From contig CALBHW010000050.1 in the NCBI GenBank assembly GCA_937893125.1, positions 3,847 through 67,846 on the forward strand: a stretch of 64,000 nucleotides of DNA. The letters are read 5' to 3'. This document shows, piece after piece, positions 29,352-40,244 of this stretch (position 1 is its first letter; the number at the start of each line of letters is the position of its first letter). The position numbers were made by a program, and so were the translations under genes. The stretch is from an uncultured Clostridia bacterium (GTDB lineage Bacteria > Bacillota > Clostridia > Christensenellales > UBA1242). The notes beneath the pieces were generated by a model. The model ran no database searches and was not told where the DNA came from. It was given only the letters and a program-made list of their open reading frames with translations.

Positions 29352-29528
29352 CTTATTATTTGCTATGAGAACAATAATGTTTGTTTTTTGTGATAGATAA
29401 AATTAAAAATTTGTTTTAGACGACGCCCTAATCTTTCAAAACTTAATAAATCAAAATCAAACGCGCAAACAAATTGAAATTAAGTTGTTTTTAACAAAAT
29501 AATAAAACTTAATTTTTAAGGTAGAAAA

Positions 29529-29867
29529 CTATAAATTTACTTCGGTTACGACGATGTCGCTATTGAGCTCTAAAATGTTGCGAATAAAAATGTCGCCAAC
29601 CTTGATTTTTTGTGGGGATGGTTCATTTTTAATAGCACGCAAAACATCGTCAACTTTTCCTTTTGGAACGGGGCAAGAAGTCTTTAAACAAATAGTTCCA
29701 TTTTTATAACTTTTAACGGTCGTGACAATGCGTTCGGGTGCGGTTGTTTCTTTTATTCCGTACTCGTGACCGCGTGGGCAAGAGTTGCCTGTGACGACAA
29801 TTTCGTTCCCTTTTTTTGTAACCGTTAATGTACATCCAACGGGGCACATAATGCAAGTTAGTTCCAT
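29529..29867 (-). CDS. DUF1667-family small Cys-rich protein
   Basis: CIMCPVGCTLTV...GNSCPRG pattern. Third gene of the glycerol-3-phosphate oxidoreductase cluster. Confidence 0.8.
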   Translation of the reverse strand: MELTCIMCPVGCTLTVTKKGNEIVVTGNSCPRGHEYGIKETTAPERIVTTVKSYKNGTICLKTSCPVPKGKVDDVLRAIKNEPSPQKIKVGDIFIRNILELNSDIVVTEVNL

Positions 29868-30108
29868 TTTACCTCCTTTTTATCTGTTATATTTTTATAA
29901 CAAAATTTGTGATTTATCACTTTTTATGCGACAAAAGGCAATTTTAATATTGTGTTATATATTTATAACTTTTTTTGTAAGTGAAAAATGATTTAGTAAA
30001 TGTTTTTTTGTTAAGTGAAAAATTGTAATGATGAAATTTGTTTTAATCTAGGATTTTTTTTAAAAAAAGGTTTTTGTTTATGTGGCAAAATTTAGTCGTT
30101 TTAAGAAA

Positions 30109-31398
30109 TTATTTATTTTCAATATAAACTTTTATATTGGCTTTTAGCCCAGTTTTAGATAAGATAACCGTTTCCATTTCGGCGGGCAGTATGACTTTTT
30201 TAGGCACACGCCTAATTTCTTTGTCTCCACAAGTTACAACAATGTCGCAGTTTTTAAAAATTGCGGACGACCTAAAATTTAAAGTTAAGATGCCGTCACT
30301 TTCGTAAAATTTTGTTGGGTTAATGTACCTTAGCCCCGTGCCAAATTCAATGTCGTGTGGGTTGTCTAGTTTAAGTTGTCCCTTAACATATTTTCCCGCG
30401 TTTTCGCCCGCGCGCTCGGATTCTTTACTGACATTGTCGACGATGTCGTGAACGTGGAGAACATTCCCACAAGAAAAGACGCCCACTTTATCGGTCATAA
30501 GATATTCGTCGACTTTTGCTCCGCCCGTAATAAAATTTGGGGTGGCTTTTAGGTGAGACAAAAGGTCATTTTCGGGAACAAGCCCGATACTTAAAATCAC
30601 GGTGTCGCAGGGAATAAATTCTTTTTTGTCTAGGTCAAAGGAAAAATCAGCCTTGACGGGCGCAACCCATACGCCTTCGACCCTAGTTTTACCCACGACT
30701 TCGACGATGGTTTTTGAAAGGTGCAAAGGAATATTATAGTCCTCAAGGCATTGAATGATGTTGCGTTTTAGACCCGATGGGTGGGGCATAACTTCGTAAA
30801 CGCCAAGGACATTCGCGCCTTCGTACCTAAGCCTTCTAGCCATAATAAGCCCAATGTCGCCACTGCCTACGATGACGATATTTTTGCCGACCATTTTGCC
30901 ATAAATGTTGACCATTTTTTGTGCCGAGCCTGCCGACATAACGCCCGCAGGTCTTGTCCCGCAAAGGTTTATCGCTCCGCTTGGTCGCTCTCTACAACCT
31001 AGCGCACAAATGACTGCTTTTGCGTTTAGTTTAAAAGAACCTTTTGGGCTAATACACGAAATTTCGTAACGCGGACTTGTTTCGCCACTTAAAAGGTCGT
31101 TTTTATTTGACACTTTTTCCTTTAAATCAAGAACGGTCGTTTCAAGCATAACATCGATTTTGGTTTGATTTACCTTATCAGAAAACCTTTTTGCGTATTC
31201 GGGCCCCGTCAACTCTTGCTTAAAATAGTTGAGTCCAAAGCCGTTATGAATGCACTGATTTAAAATTCCGCCCAGCCTATTTTCGCGCTCAACTATGGCA
31301 ATTTTCAAACCTTGCTCGCTTGATTTTAGTGCGCTTGCCATTCCTGCACTTCCACCGCCTAGGACCACGATGTCGTATTCTTTATTCATAAATTCCAC
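30109..31398 (-). CDS. FAD/NAD(P)-binding pyridine-nucleotide-disulfide-type oxidoreductase
   Basis: Two Rossmann signatures, VVLGGGSAG and IVGSGDIG. Overlaps the upstream gene by 17 nt. Confidence 0.85.
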   Translation of the reverse strand: MEFMNKEYDIVVLGGGSAGMASALKSSEQGLKIAIVERENRLGGILNQCIHNGFGLNYFKQELTGPEYAKRFSDKVNQTKIDVMLETTVLDLKEKVSNKNDLLSGETSPRYEISCISPKGSFKLNAKAVICALGCRERPSGAINLCGTRPAGVMSAGSAQKMVNIYGKMVGKNIVIVGSGDIGLIMARRLRYEGANVLGVYEVMPHPSGLKRNIIQCLEDYNIPLHLSKTIVEVVGKTRVEGVWVAPVKADFSFDLDKKEFIPCDTVILSIGLVPENDLLSHLKATPNFITGGAKVDEYLMTDKVGVFSCGNVLHVHDIVDNVSKESERAGENAGKYVKGQLKLDNPHDIEFGTGLRYINPTKFYESDGILTLNFRSSAIFKNCDIVVTCGDKEIRRVPKKVILPAEMETVILSKTGLKANIKVYIENK

Positions 31399-32821
31399 CT
31401 TCCTTTATATCGCCCGAGACGACGCTTGAAAAGCCTTTAAAATCGATTTCTTCTTCGGGGACTTTGTAGTAGTCTGCCATAATTTTGACTATTTTTGGAT
31501 AGCAAAACGCCCCGCCACAATGCCCCATTGTTGTCCTAAGTCGCCTTTTTAGCCCGTCGGTCGTGAGTTGATAAGGGGTTGATTTTAAAACATCTAAAAT
31601 CTCACCTTTTGTCACTTTTTCGCAATTGCAAACGATTTCGCCATATGCTTTATTTTTTAGAATGAGTGCGTTTTGTTCTTTTAAACTTAGGTCTACAATA
31701 TGTGGAACGACTTTCAAGGTCTTTGGCGTAAATTTTCTTACCTTTACATTTTGCTTTAAAATGTAATTTGTAACATCTTCGGCAATCGCGGGGGCACTAG
31801 ATAACCCAGGCGAACAAATGCCAGCAAGGACGATGTAGTTAGGGTTTTTGTTTTTGAAACTCACAACAAAATCGTCGCCCGATATGACACGAACGCCCGC
31901 ATAAAGTTTTATGGTTTTCCTAAAATTTATGTGGTCGACCATATTTGTGACTTTTTCTTTAATAGAACCAAGGGAAGAATAGGAAAAGGCGGTGTCGTAC
32001 TCTTTTTCGTCAACGGCGGTTGGCCCAAAAAAGATGTTTTGATGCACAGTTGGACACGCTAAAATTCCTTTCCCGTGCTTTGTTGGAAGTGGAAATATTG
32101 GACGATTGACAAGCCCCGACTCCGAGTTGTCAAGAAGGATGTATTCGCCTTTTTTAAAGGTCAAATTAATTTTATTTTCGTTAAGGAGCGTCCCTATTTC
32201 ATTAACTCCCGCGCCCGCGCAATTTATGATAAAGTCCGCTTCAAAACTTCGCCCGTCAGAACTTAAAATGACATATTTTTCGCCCACTCTTTCAATTTTT
32301 GTTGTATTGAAATTAAGGAGCAAATCTCCGCCGTTAATGACACCCTCATTTACAAGAGAAATGCAAAAATGGTAGGGAGAAATGATTTTTGCGTCTTTAG
32401 AAAAAAGAGCATAATTTATGTCTTTTTTCAAATTTGGCTCCATTTTGTGTAAAGTGGTCGAATCCAAAATTTCAAGGTTTTTAACCCCGTTATTTTTCCC
32501 GCGTTCTAAAAGGACTTTAAGGGCGGGCAAATCTTCTTCTCGTCCCACAACAAACGACCCGCAAGGAATGATTTTTTCGCCGAGTCTCTTCGCTAACTTT
32601 TCGTACATTTTGTTTCCGCGAACATTATATTTTGCTTTTAGCGTTCCAGTTTTTGCGTCATATCCTGCGTGAATTATTCCGCTATTTGCCTTAGTCGCAC
32701 CAAGTGAGACATCATTTTCTTTTTCCACTAAAACGCAACTTAGACCAGACAAAACAAGCGAATTAAAAATGTTGCTACCAATAATTCCCGCTCCAAAAAT
32801 TGCGACTGAATACTCCTTCAT
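31382..32821 (-). CDS. FAD-dependent glycerol-3-phosphate dehydrogenase/oxidase-like protein with a BFD-like [2Fe-2S] region
   Basis: IFGAGIIGS dinucleotide motif. C-terminal CNCEKVTKGEILDVL and a CGGAFC cysteine cluster. Divergent from glpK. Confidence 0.8.
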   Translation of the reverse strand: MKEYSVAIFGAGIIGSNIFNSLVLSGLSCVLVEKENDVSLGATKANSGIIHAGYDAKTGTLKAKYNVRGNKMYEKLAKRLGEKIIPCGSFVVGREEDLPALKVLLERGKNNGVKNLEILDSTTLHKMEPNLKKDINYALFSKDAKIISPYHFCISLVNEGVINGGDLLLNFNTTKIERVGEKYVILSSDGRSFEADFIINCAGAGVNEIGTLLNENKINLTFKKGEYILLDNSESGLVNRPIFPLPTKHGKGILACPTVHQNIFFGPTAVDEKEYDTAFSYSSLGSIKEKVTNMVDHINFRKTIKLYAGVRVISGDDFVVSFKNKNPNYIVLAGICSPGLSSAPAIAEDVTNYILKQNVKVRKFTPKTLKVVPHIVDLSLKEQNALILKNKAYGEIVCNCEKVTKGEILDVLKSTPYQLTTDGLKRRLRTTMGHCGGAFCYPKIVKIMADYYKVPEEEIDFKGFSSVVSGDIKEGGIYE

Positions 32822-33269
32822 ATTGACTCCTTTTAGGCTTTTGTGGCTTTTAAAAGTTTGTAGTAATGATTTTTTCCGCGTCCAAATTTTAATGATTAAA
32901 GATTTTTTTCGTTATAACAACTTTTAGTATTTTAAAATTTTTTTTTAAAAAGTCGAAAAGTTTATTTTACAAAGTTATCCACAAAATGCCTACCAATTGT
33001 TCATAAATAAGGATAATTATTTTACAAAAAAAGGTCAAATAAATTATGGACTTTAAGTGGTTATTTTATTTTGATAATTTATAAATAAATGTTAAAATAC
33101 TATTAGTATTATCATTATATAGTTGTAATTGTTGTTTTTTAGTTTTAATTTTGACGACAAATTAGGAGCAAAAATTTGTTTTAGGGTTTTGACTAAATTA
33201 GATAAAAAACAAAAAAATGAGACTAAAATTAAAAGGCGTGCAACTATATTAAAAAAAGGGAAAAGGCGT

Positions 33270-34736
33270 ATGAAATACATTTTGACCATTGACGAAGGAA
33301 CGACATCTCTTAGGGCGATTTTGTTTGATGTTAAAAAGGGCGAGTTTGCGAGAGTTGAACAAATGCCTTTTAAACAATATTTTCCAAAACCAGCGTGGGT
33401 GGAGCACGACGCGGAAGAAATTTGGGAAAAGACAAAAAAGTGTCTTGAAAAAGTTATGGAAGGGATTGACCCAAAAGAAGTTTATGGCATTGGGATAACC
33501 AACCAAAGAGAGACAGCCGTTTGTTGGAGTAGAAAAACTGGCAAAGCGCTTTATCACGCCATTGTGTGGCAATGTAGAAGGACGAGCAAACTTTGCGAAA
33601 AACTCAAAAAATCGACAAAATCTAACACGATAAAATCAAAAACGGGACTTATTCCAGACGCCTATTTTTCGGCAACAAAATATAAGTGGCTACTAGACAA
33701 TGTGCCAGAAGTCGCAAAAGCCAAGCGCTCGGGCGATCTTTGTTTTGGGACGATTGAGAGTTTTCTTGTGCACAAGTTGACGGGCGGGAAAAGTTTTGTG
33801 AGCGACATCACAAATGCAAGTAGAACAATGCTTTTTAATATTAAAACCTTAACTTGGGACGATTATCTATTAAAACTTTTCAACATCCCATTGTCAACTC
33901 TTCCAAAAGTCGTTGATAATGACGATGTTGTTGGCGAATGCACTCTTTTTGGCGGAAAAATCAAGGTGGCGGGACTCATCGGCGACCAACAAAGTTCGCT
34001 TTTTGGGCAAGGCTGTTTTGATAAGGGAATGGCGAAAAATACGTACGGAACGGGCTGTTTTATGCTTGTTAACACTTCAAAAGATAGAGTGTCAAGTAAG
34101 CATGGGCTTTTGACGACCATTGGATATAAGGTCGACGGAAGATTGTGCTATGCACTTGAAGGAAGTGTTTTTAATGCGGGTTGCGTCGTCGATTGGGCGA
34201 TTGACAATTTGGGGATTGCAAAAAATCCAAAGGAACTCACTGACCTTGCGACCGATTTAAAATCTAACGACGGAGTTTACCTTGTTCCAGCCTTTACGGG
34301 GCTTGGCACGCCTTATTGGGATATGGAGGCGCGCGGGCTTCTTTGCGGGCTTACTCGCGGGACGGACAAGCGTCACATAGCGCGGGCGGTGCTTGAAGGA
34401 ATGGCGTATTCGACTTATGATGTTTTAAAAACGGTTGAAAAAGACGCAAAAATGAAAGTGCGTGTTTTGCACGTCGATGGCGGGGCGAGTGTTAATGAGT
34501 TCTTAATGCAATTTCAATCAAACCTTATTCAGAAGAAGTTGGAAAGGTTTAATAAGGAAAGCACTTGTATGGGCGCAATCTTTATGACGGGGCTCGCAAC
34601 TGGTGCGTATAAAAATTTGGCGGAAATTAGAAGTAGAATTAAGTCGGAAAGGATTTATCTTCCAAATTGCGACGAAGAAGATGTTAAGCCACTTTTAAAA
34701 GGTTGGAAGAGTGCAATAAATAGGACGCTTGACTAG
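33270..34736 (+). CDS. glpK: Glycerol kinase
   Basis: MKYILTIDEGTTSLRAILFD, GITNQRET, DGGAS. The ORF-track N-terminal extension from 33129 is non-homologous low-complexity sequence. Confidence 0.95.
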   Translation: MKYILTIDEGTTSLRAILFDVKKGEFARVEQMPFKQYFPKPAWVEHDAEEIWEKTKKCLEKVMEGIDPKEVYGIGITNQRETAVCWSRKTGKALYHAIVWQCRRTSKLCEKLKKSTKSNTIKSKTGLIPDAYFSATKYKWLLDNVPEVAKAKRSGDLCFGTIESFLVHKLTGGKSFVSDITNASRTMLFNIKTLTWDDYLLKLFNIPLSTLPKVVDNDDVVGECTLFGGKIKVAGLIGDQQSSLFGQGCFDKGMAKNTYGTGCFMLVNTSKDRVSSKHGLLTTIGYKVDGRLCYALEGSVFNAGCVVDWAIDNLGIAKNPKELTDLATDLKSNDGVYLVPAFTGLGTPYWDMEARGLLCGLTRGTDKRHIARAVLEGMAYSTYDVLKTVEKDAKMKVRVLHVDGGASVNEFLMQFQSNLIQKKLERFNKESTCMGAIFMTGLATGAYKNLAEIRSRIKSERIYLPNCDEEDVKPLLKGWKSAINRTLD

Positions 34737-34830
34737 GCGACCAAGGTGTGACAGTGCTTAAAGCCCGCCACACCTAGACCGCCACTTAACAATACACAAG
34801 TTGACATAAAAATAAAAGGGGAAAAGAAAA

Positions 34831-35727
34831 ATGAAAGAAGGCTTTTTTGAAAGTTTTGATAAGGAAAAAATTTATTATTACGAATGGGACGATGTGGAAA
34901 GTCCAAAGGGGGTTGTCCAAATTATTCACGGAATGAGTGAACACGCGTTTAGATATGACGAGTTTGCTAGGAGTCTTAATAAGGCGGGCTTCATCGTTTT
35001 TGCGGATGACCATAGGGCGCACGGAAAAACGGCGGGGGACATAAGCCGAATTGGGAAATATGACAAAGATAATTTGTTCCTTGACACTCTTCAAGACGAA
35101 ATCTTTATAAGTAAAATGCTTAAAAAATATAATTTGCCTTTATATGTTTTTGGACATAGTTATGGCTCGTTTTTGACGCAAGCATATATTGAAAAATGCA
35201 AGTTGTACGAAAAAGCAATTATTTGCGGAAGTGCACTTATGAAAAACCGCGCAAAAGTTAAAGCGGGGCTACTTATCGCCAAAATTACTATGCGTCATAA
35301 GGGCAAGGACGCGCCTGCAAAACTTATCGAAAAAATGAGTTTTAATAGTTACAACAAAAAATGCAAGGGTGGATATTGGATAAATAGTGACGAAGAAGAA
35401 GGCAAAAAATATTACGCCGACCCACTTTGCACACAACCTTTTTCGGCAAAATTTTATGTCGACTTTTTTGGCGCTTTTTCGACAATTTATAAAAAGGAAT
35501 ATGTGGACGCAATTGATAAGTCAAAGCCAATTCTTTTAATTGCGGGGAAAGAGGACCCAGTTGGCGACTACGGGAAATCGGTCGTTAATTTGTACAAATT
35601 TTATATGGGGCTTGACATAAAAGATGTCCAAATGAAATTGTACGATAATGCGCGTCACGAAATTTTAAACGAGCCAAAAATTAAAGACCAAGTCACAAAA
35701 GACGTCATCGACTTTATTGAAAAATAG
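34831..35727 (+). CDS. Alpha/beta hydrolase (lysophospholipase / monoacylglycerol lipase-like)
   Basis: HG oxyanion motif IIHGMSEH, nucleophile elbow GHSYG, C-terminal His (ARHEIL). Confidence 0.8.
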   Translation: MKEGFFESFDKEKIYYYEWDDVESPKGVVQIIHGMSEHAFRYDEFARSLNKAGFIVFADDHRAHGKTAGDISRIGKYDKDNLFLDTLQDEIFISKMLKKYNLPLYVFGHSYGSFLTQAYIEKCKLYEKAIICGSALMKNRAKVKAGLLIAKITMRHKGKDAPAKLIEKMSFNSYNKKCKGGYWINSDEEEGKKYYADPLCTQPFSAKFYVDFFGAFSTIYKKEYVDAIDKSKPILLIAGKEDPVGDYGKSVVNLYKFYMGLDIKDVQMKLYDNARHEILNEPKIKDQVTKDVIDFIEK

Positions 35728-36766
35728 GTTATTAAAATTGGATACACAAAAATATTTAAGGGAAGTAAGGGGAAAAATATCGACACTTGATAGTTATGTT
35801 GAGGGTGAAGAACGCTTGCTTGTAAGGCTTACATTAAATGTTACAAGCGCGCAACTTTTTTTGCTAAAAGAACTAAGTCCCGAGCAAGTGGAGAAAATTG
35901 AAAAAGTACTCAAAAGGCGAATGAAAAATGAGCCACTAAGTAAGATTTTTAAAAGTGCCGAGTTTATGGGATATGAATTTTACATCAATAAAAATGTTTT
36001 GTCCCCTAGAAAGGAAAGCGAAATTTTGGTTGAACTTGTGATAAAAAGCGCGCAAGGAATGTTGACGAACAATATAAAGGGTGAAGAAAAATATGGAAAA
36101 AATGGAAGTAAACTCAAAGGTGACAAATCAAAAAAAAGAGAAGAAAATTCAACCGCACAAGATAGGAAGGCAAGCGGGCGAGACAACCTATGGGGTGATT
36201 GTGGACGGGGAGATTTTTCCGTTTCCCTAGACCCAAGAACAAATAACAAGGTACCTAGAAAAAACAAAATAAATATTCTTGATATGTGTTGCGGGAGCGG
36301 GTGTATTGGGCTGTCGATAAAGAAATTTTTAGGTGACGCGACAAACGTGACGCTCGCTGATTTATCAAGCGAAGCACTTAAAGTAGCAAGGAAAAATGCA
36401 CAAAACGAAAGCGTTAAAATTATAAAAACCGATATGTTTCAAGACTTGAAAAAGGACGAAAAGTTTGATATAATCGTGTGTAATCCGCCATACATTTCAA
36501 AAAAGGAATATGACGATTTGTCGACTTCCGTCAAAAATTACGACCCCGAAATGGCGCTTGTTGGTGGGGTTGACGGGTTAAAATTTTATAGAATTTTAGC
36601 TAGAGACGGAAAAAGATATTTGAAAACAGGCGGACAAATAATTATGGAAATAGGATATAACAAGCGAGAAGATGTCCAAGCAATCTTTGAAAAGGCGGGA
36701 TTCAAAACGAGTGCCTATAAAGATTTTTCGGGGCTCGATCGCGTTATTGTGGCAAACGGAGAATAA
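35717..36766 (+). CDS. prmC: Release-factor glutamine methyltransferase PrmC (HemK) with a ~65-aa charged insertion
   Basis: SAM motif [10 protein letters not shown] and catalytic NPPY. Sits immediately upstream of prfA. Confidence 0.85.
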   Translation: MKNRLLKLDTQKYLREVRGKISTLDSYVEGEERLLVRLTLNVTSAQLFLLKELSPEQVEKIEKVLKRRMKNEPLSKIFKSAEFMGYEFYINKNVLSPRKESEILVELVIKSAQGMLTNNIKGEEKYGKNGSKLKGDKSKKREENSTAQDRKASGRDNLWGDCGRGDFSVSLDPRTNNKVPRKNKINILDMCCGSGCIGLSIKKFLGDATNVTLADLSSEALKVARKNAQNESVKIIKTDMFQDLKKDEKFDIIVCNPPYISKKEYDDLSTSVKNYDPEMALVGGVDGLKFYRILARDGKRYLKTGGQIIMEIGYNKREDVQAIFEKAGFKTSAYKDFSGLDRVIVANGE

Positions 36767-36768
36767 AT

Positions 36769-37839
36769 ATGATTGAAAAACTAGAAAGCATTGCAAAAAA
36801 ATATGAAGAATTGACCTCAAAAATTATTGACCCACAAGTCATTGCGGACAATAGAACTTGGCAAAAACTTGTTAAAGAGCATAGCGAACTTAAACCAATT
36901 GTCGAAAAATTTGAAGAGCTTAAAAAGTGCGAAAACGACCTTGCGGGCGCAAAAGAGCTTTTAAAGGAAGAAAAGGACAAAGAACTTTTATCCCTTGCCG
37001 AAGAAGAAGTCACGGAAAACGAGAAACTTCGCGAAACTTTGCAAGACGAACTCAAAATTCTTCTTCTACCAAAAGACGAAAACGATGACAAAAATGTTAT
37101 CATAGAAATTCGCGCGGGCGCGGGGGGAGACGAAGCGGCACTTTTTGCGAGCGAACTTATGCGGATGTATATGATGTATGCAGAAAGGCACAGATACAAG
37201 ACCGAAGTCGTGAGCATAAACGAAATTGAACTCGGCGGAATAAAAGAAGTTGTTTTCCAAATTTCGGGCGCGGGCGCGTTTAGTAACCTTAAATACGAAA
37301 GTGGCGTTCATAGAGTGCAAAGAGTGCCAGAGACGGAAAGTCAAGGGCGCGTGCATACTTCGACAGTGACCGTTGCGGTTTTGCCTGAACTTGAAGAAGT
37401 GGAATTTGATATTGAAGATAAAGACTTGCGCGTTGACACATATAGAAGTAGTGGCGCGGGCGGACAACACATTAACAAAACGGACAGCGCGATAAGAATT
37501 ACGCACCTTCCAACGGGCATTGTTGTTTCTTGCCAAGACGAACGAAGCCAACTTAAAAACCGCGAAAAAGCGATGATGGTTTTAAAGGCTAAACTTTACG
37601 ACTTTTATCAAGGGCAAAAGAATAAAGAGTATGCAGAAGAGAGAAAGTCGCAAGTCGGCACAGGCGACAGGTCGGAAAGGATAAGGACGTACAACTTTCC
37701 ACAAGGGCGCATAACTGACCATAGAGTGGGCTACACGGCGTATAATTTGCTTGATTTTATGAACGGCAACTTAGACGAACTTATTGAAATTTTAAAACTC
37801 GATAACCAACGAAAAAAGTTGGAAAATTTGAATATTTAA
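36769..37839 (+). CDS. prfA: Peptide chain release factor 1
   Basis: GGQ motif [10 protein letters not shown] and the [10 protein letters not shown] codon-recognition region. Confidence 0.95.
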   Translation: MIEKLESIAKKYEELTSKIIDPQVIADNRTWQKLVKEHSELKPIVEKFEELKKCENDLAGAKELLKEEKDKELLSLAEEEVTENEKLRETLQDELKILLLPKDENDDKNVIIEIRAGAGGDEAALFASELMRMYMMYAERHRYKTEVVSINEIELGGIKEVVFQISGAGAFSNLKYESGVHRVQRVPETESQGRVHTSTVTVAVLPELEEVEFDIEDKDLRVDTYRSSGAGGQHINKTDSAIRITHLPTGIVVSCQDERSQLKNREKAMMVLKAKLYDFYQGQKNKEYAEERKSQVGTGDRSERIRTYNFPQGRITDHRVGYTAYNLLDFMNGNLDELIEILKLDNQRKKLENLNI

Positions 37840-37870
37840 ACTAAGTTTTAGGCAAAAAAGGGGGAATAAA

Positions 37871-39925
37871 ATGTCGGAAAATTTTAATGACACTAAGAGC
37901 GAAAAGGAAATTAAAGACATAGTTAACAGTGCGTCCGCAAAGTCAAATGATGAAGCAAAAAAGGACGAAAACGCGGAATTTTCTTATTCGCGAACAAACG
38001 GCGAGTCTATTGTTGACCCTTTTGCGGTCAAAAGTTGCAAAAACGAGCAAAATCGCGACATAATTGAGAACGGGCGCCTTGGCAGTTACGACGAGTACGG
38101 CAATTATTTGTTTATTCCTGAGATTAGGCAAGAACTCATAGAGATTCCTAAACTTATTTACAACACCGCTATAAAAGACGGCAGAACGACCTACGATTTG
38201 CGCGCGATTATCCCCATTTTTGGCGATATGTATTTTAAACTTAGAATAAATAAGTACGAAGCAAAACTTTTACTTATCGAAAATGTCACTCGCGAAGCGG
38301 GGCAATATGTCGAAGTCTACGAAGAACTTGTCGACAGTATTGCTCTCTCTGAAACCGAGCCAGTGTCAACTGATGTTATTTTCACTCTTTTTCATATTTA
38401 CGAAGATGATGATGACTACGGAATGGAATTTGACGCTTACTACGGCTTTGAAAATATTTTGCTCAAAAAAATATATATGGGACTCCTTGCAAACGAAATA
38501 AAAGATTTAACCGCAAGTGACGAGCACGCGTGCTATCTTGAAATGATGGAAATTATCGAAGAAAGTGGCGAGTATGGCGAGAGAATTAAAAAAGAATTTT
38601 TGACACGCCTTAAAGATAGACGCCAAATTTTTGACATAAAAGACGAGTACTCTTACGATAGGGCGGTTAACGAGATTTTGCTTTCGAGTGTTGACATTGC
38701 AACCACAAAAGAAGATAAGGAAAACCCAAAAACGCGTGCAGTTTACAACAAAATTATAAATGTTAGAAACAAAAATCTTGCAAAATACATCGAGCAAGCG
38801 GAAGAACGCGTTGACGAAAATTATGTTAAAAATGTGGAAGAAAGAGCGGTCAAATCCTTTATAGAAAAGAACTACGAAAGGGCAAAAGAAGTTAAACTTG
38901 AATATCTTGATAAACTTACTTTTGTTTCAAAAAAAGAAAAGGAAAAAATCGCGAAATCAGAAACAAAACGCGAAAAACATACGCTTGATAAACCTCTTAT
39001 GAAGCAACTAATAGCGCAAAAAAAGAAAGAAGAAGAAAAGAAACCTTTGACAAAAGAAGAAAAGATTGCGCAAATTGTTGACAAGAAAAAGGAAGAAAAG
39101 AAAGAAGTTAAAAAGGTTACGCCGTCAAAAGCCCAAAAGGCAAAAGCAAAGGCGAAATCAAAAAGCAAGGGAAAAGCGAAGAAGGGCGGAAAGAAAAAGG
39201 GGGGTGCAAAAGTAAAGTCAAAAGAAAAAGTAAAAAAAGGCAACCCTAAGTCGGCTAAAAAAGCGGGCGGAAAATTAAAGAAAGACGCTAAGAAAAAGGA
39301 CAAGGGGAAAGATAAAAAGGACGAAAAGAAAAAACCACTCGTTTTCTCAGTTGAAAAATTGGCACTTTTTGAGAAAAATCACCGCGCAAAACTCCTTGCA
39401 AAAGAGATTCAAGACATAAAAGAAAAACCTTTAAAACAAGAAGCGGTCGCACCACAAAAGGTCGCTCAAAAGGTCGAAGAAAAAGAAATTGAAATTGAAG
39501 AACCACTTGAAAAAGAGTCTGAATTTGGCGATGTTTTTGAAGCGGTTGATTTAAGAACTTCTAATAAGGATAACGCGGAAAAAGAGCAAAATCTTGTGAA
39601 TAACATTGAGAAAGTCTACATTGAAGATGTTAAATCGGAAAAACAACCTGATGAAGACAAATTAAATGTTGTTTTGGAAAGACACGGTGTTGAAAATGTT
39701 TTTGAAGGCTCAAAAGAACCGCCAGTAGAAAAAGTGACGGACGGCGAGGTAGAAAAGTCTTTTGAAGAAAATGTTACAAGTAAGGAAAAGGCGCAAGAAA
39801 CAACGACGCTAAATATCGAGCAGTCGGAATTTATAAAGGAAGAACAACTTAGTTCTATGTCTCAAAATGTCCAAAAATTTGCACAAGAGATTAGGCAAAA
39901 TATGGGACGAGAAATGGAACACTAA
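37871..39925 (+). CDS. Large hypothetical protein with a highly basic K-rich centre and an acidic C-terminus
   Basis: 684-aa ORF with a GGGGG RBS, containing KAKAKAKSKSKGKAKKGGKKKGG. No catalytic motifs recognised. Confidence 0.6.
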   Translation: MSENFNDTKSEKEIKDIVNSASAKSNDEAKKDENAEFSYSRTNGESIVDPFAVKSCKNEQNRDIIENGRLGSYDEYGNYLFIPEIRQELIEIPKLIYNTAIKDGRTTYDLRAIIPIFGDMYFKLRINKYEAKLLLIENVTREAGQYVEVYEELVDSIALSETEPVSTDVIFTLFHIYEDDDDYGMEFDAYYGFENILLKKIYMGLLANEIKDLTASDEHACYLEMMEIIEESGEYGERIKKEFLTRLKDRRQIFDIKDEYSYDRAVNEILLSSVDIATTKEDKENPKTRAVYNKIINVRNKNLAKYIEQAEERVDENYVKNVEERAVKSFIEKNYERAKEVKLEYLDKLTFVSKKEKEKIAKSETKREKHTLDKPLMKQLIAQKKKEEEKKPLTKEEKIAQIVDKKKEEKKEVKKVTPSKAQKAKAKAKSKSKGKAKKGGKKKGGAKVKSKEKVKKGNPKSAKKAGGKLKKDAKKKDKGKDKKDEKKKPLVFSVEKLALFEKNHRAKLLAKEIQDIKEKPLKQEAVAPQKVAQKVEEKEIEIEEPLEKESEFGDVFEAVDLRTSNKDNAEKEQNLVNNIEKVYIEDVKSEKQPDEDKLNVVLERHGVENVFEGSKEPPVEKVTDGEVEKSFEENVTSKEKAQETTTLNIEQSEFIKEEQLSSMSQNVQKFAQEIRQNMGREMEH

Positions 39926-40244
39926 CTTAAAATTTTGTTAGATTTTTAAACATAAATCACAAAAAATAGCAAAATAATTTTTATGTTTTTTTGTAAGAAA
40001 ATGGGCGTAAATTGTTAATTTTGGAGACTTTTATTTTTAAAAAAGTTGCTAAATTTTAAAAAATTTGTAGAAAAAATGTTTAAAAAAACAACTAGAAAAA
40101 GTACATTTTTTGGACGCTTTTTAGGGGTTAAATCAAGAAAAAATTGTTTTTTTGTGCAAAAAGACGATTAAAAATTTTAAATTGCCTATTTACAAGAAGA
40201 AAAAGGTGTGTTATCATACGATTAGAAAAAAGGGAGAGATGATT

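Noticed and set aside
29286-29528. A standard T-box riboswitch call for the tyrS leader.
   Set aside because: The conserved T-box 14-mer and a clear specifier loop could not be found by eye, so I report only a terminator-like hairpin.
32975-32983. Perfect DnaA box TTATCCACA in the glpK divergent promoter region. Another singleton lies at 1714-1722.
   Set aside because: These are isolated single boxes. One or two chance occurrences of a 9-mer are expected in 64 kb of AT-rich DNA read on both strands. I noted them only as context for the 7227-7354 cluster.
33129-33269. N-terminal 47-aa extension of GlpK in the ORF track.
   Set aside because: The extension has no similarity to glycerol kinases. 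The conserved N-terminus MKYILTIDEGTTS starts at ATG 33270 behind a purine-rich RBS.
37310-37345. RF1 codon-recognition tripeptide reads PET ([10 protein letters not shown]) rather than the E. coli PAT. I wondered whether this links to the TGA anomaly in the prophage.
   Set aside because: As far as I recall, the middle residue of PxT is variable and PET is usual in Bacillota RF1. RF1 does not read UGA in any case.
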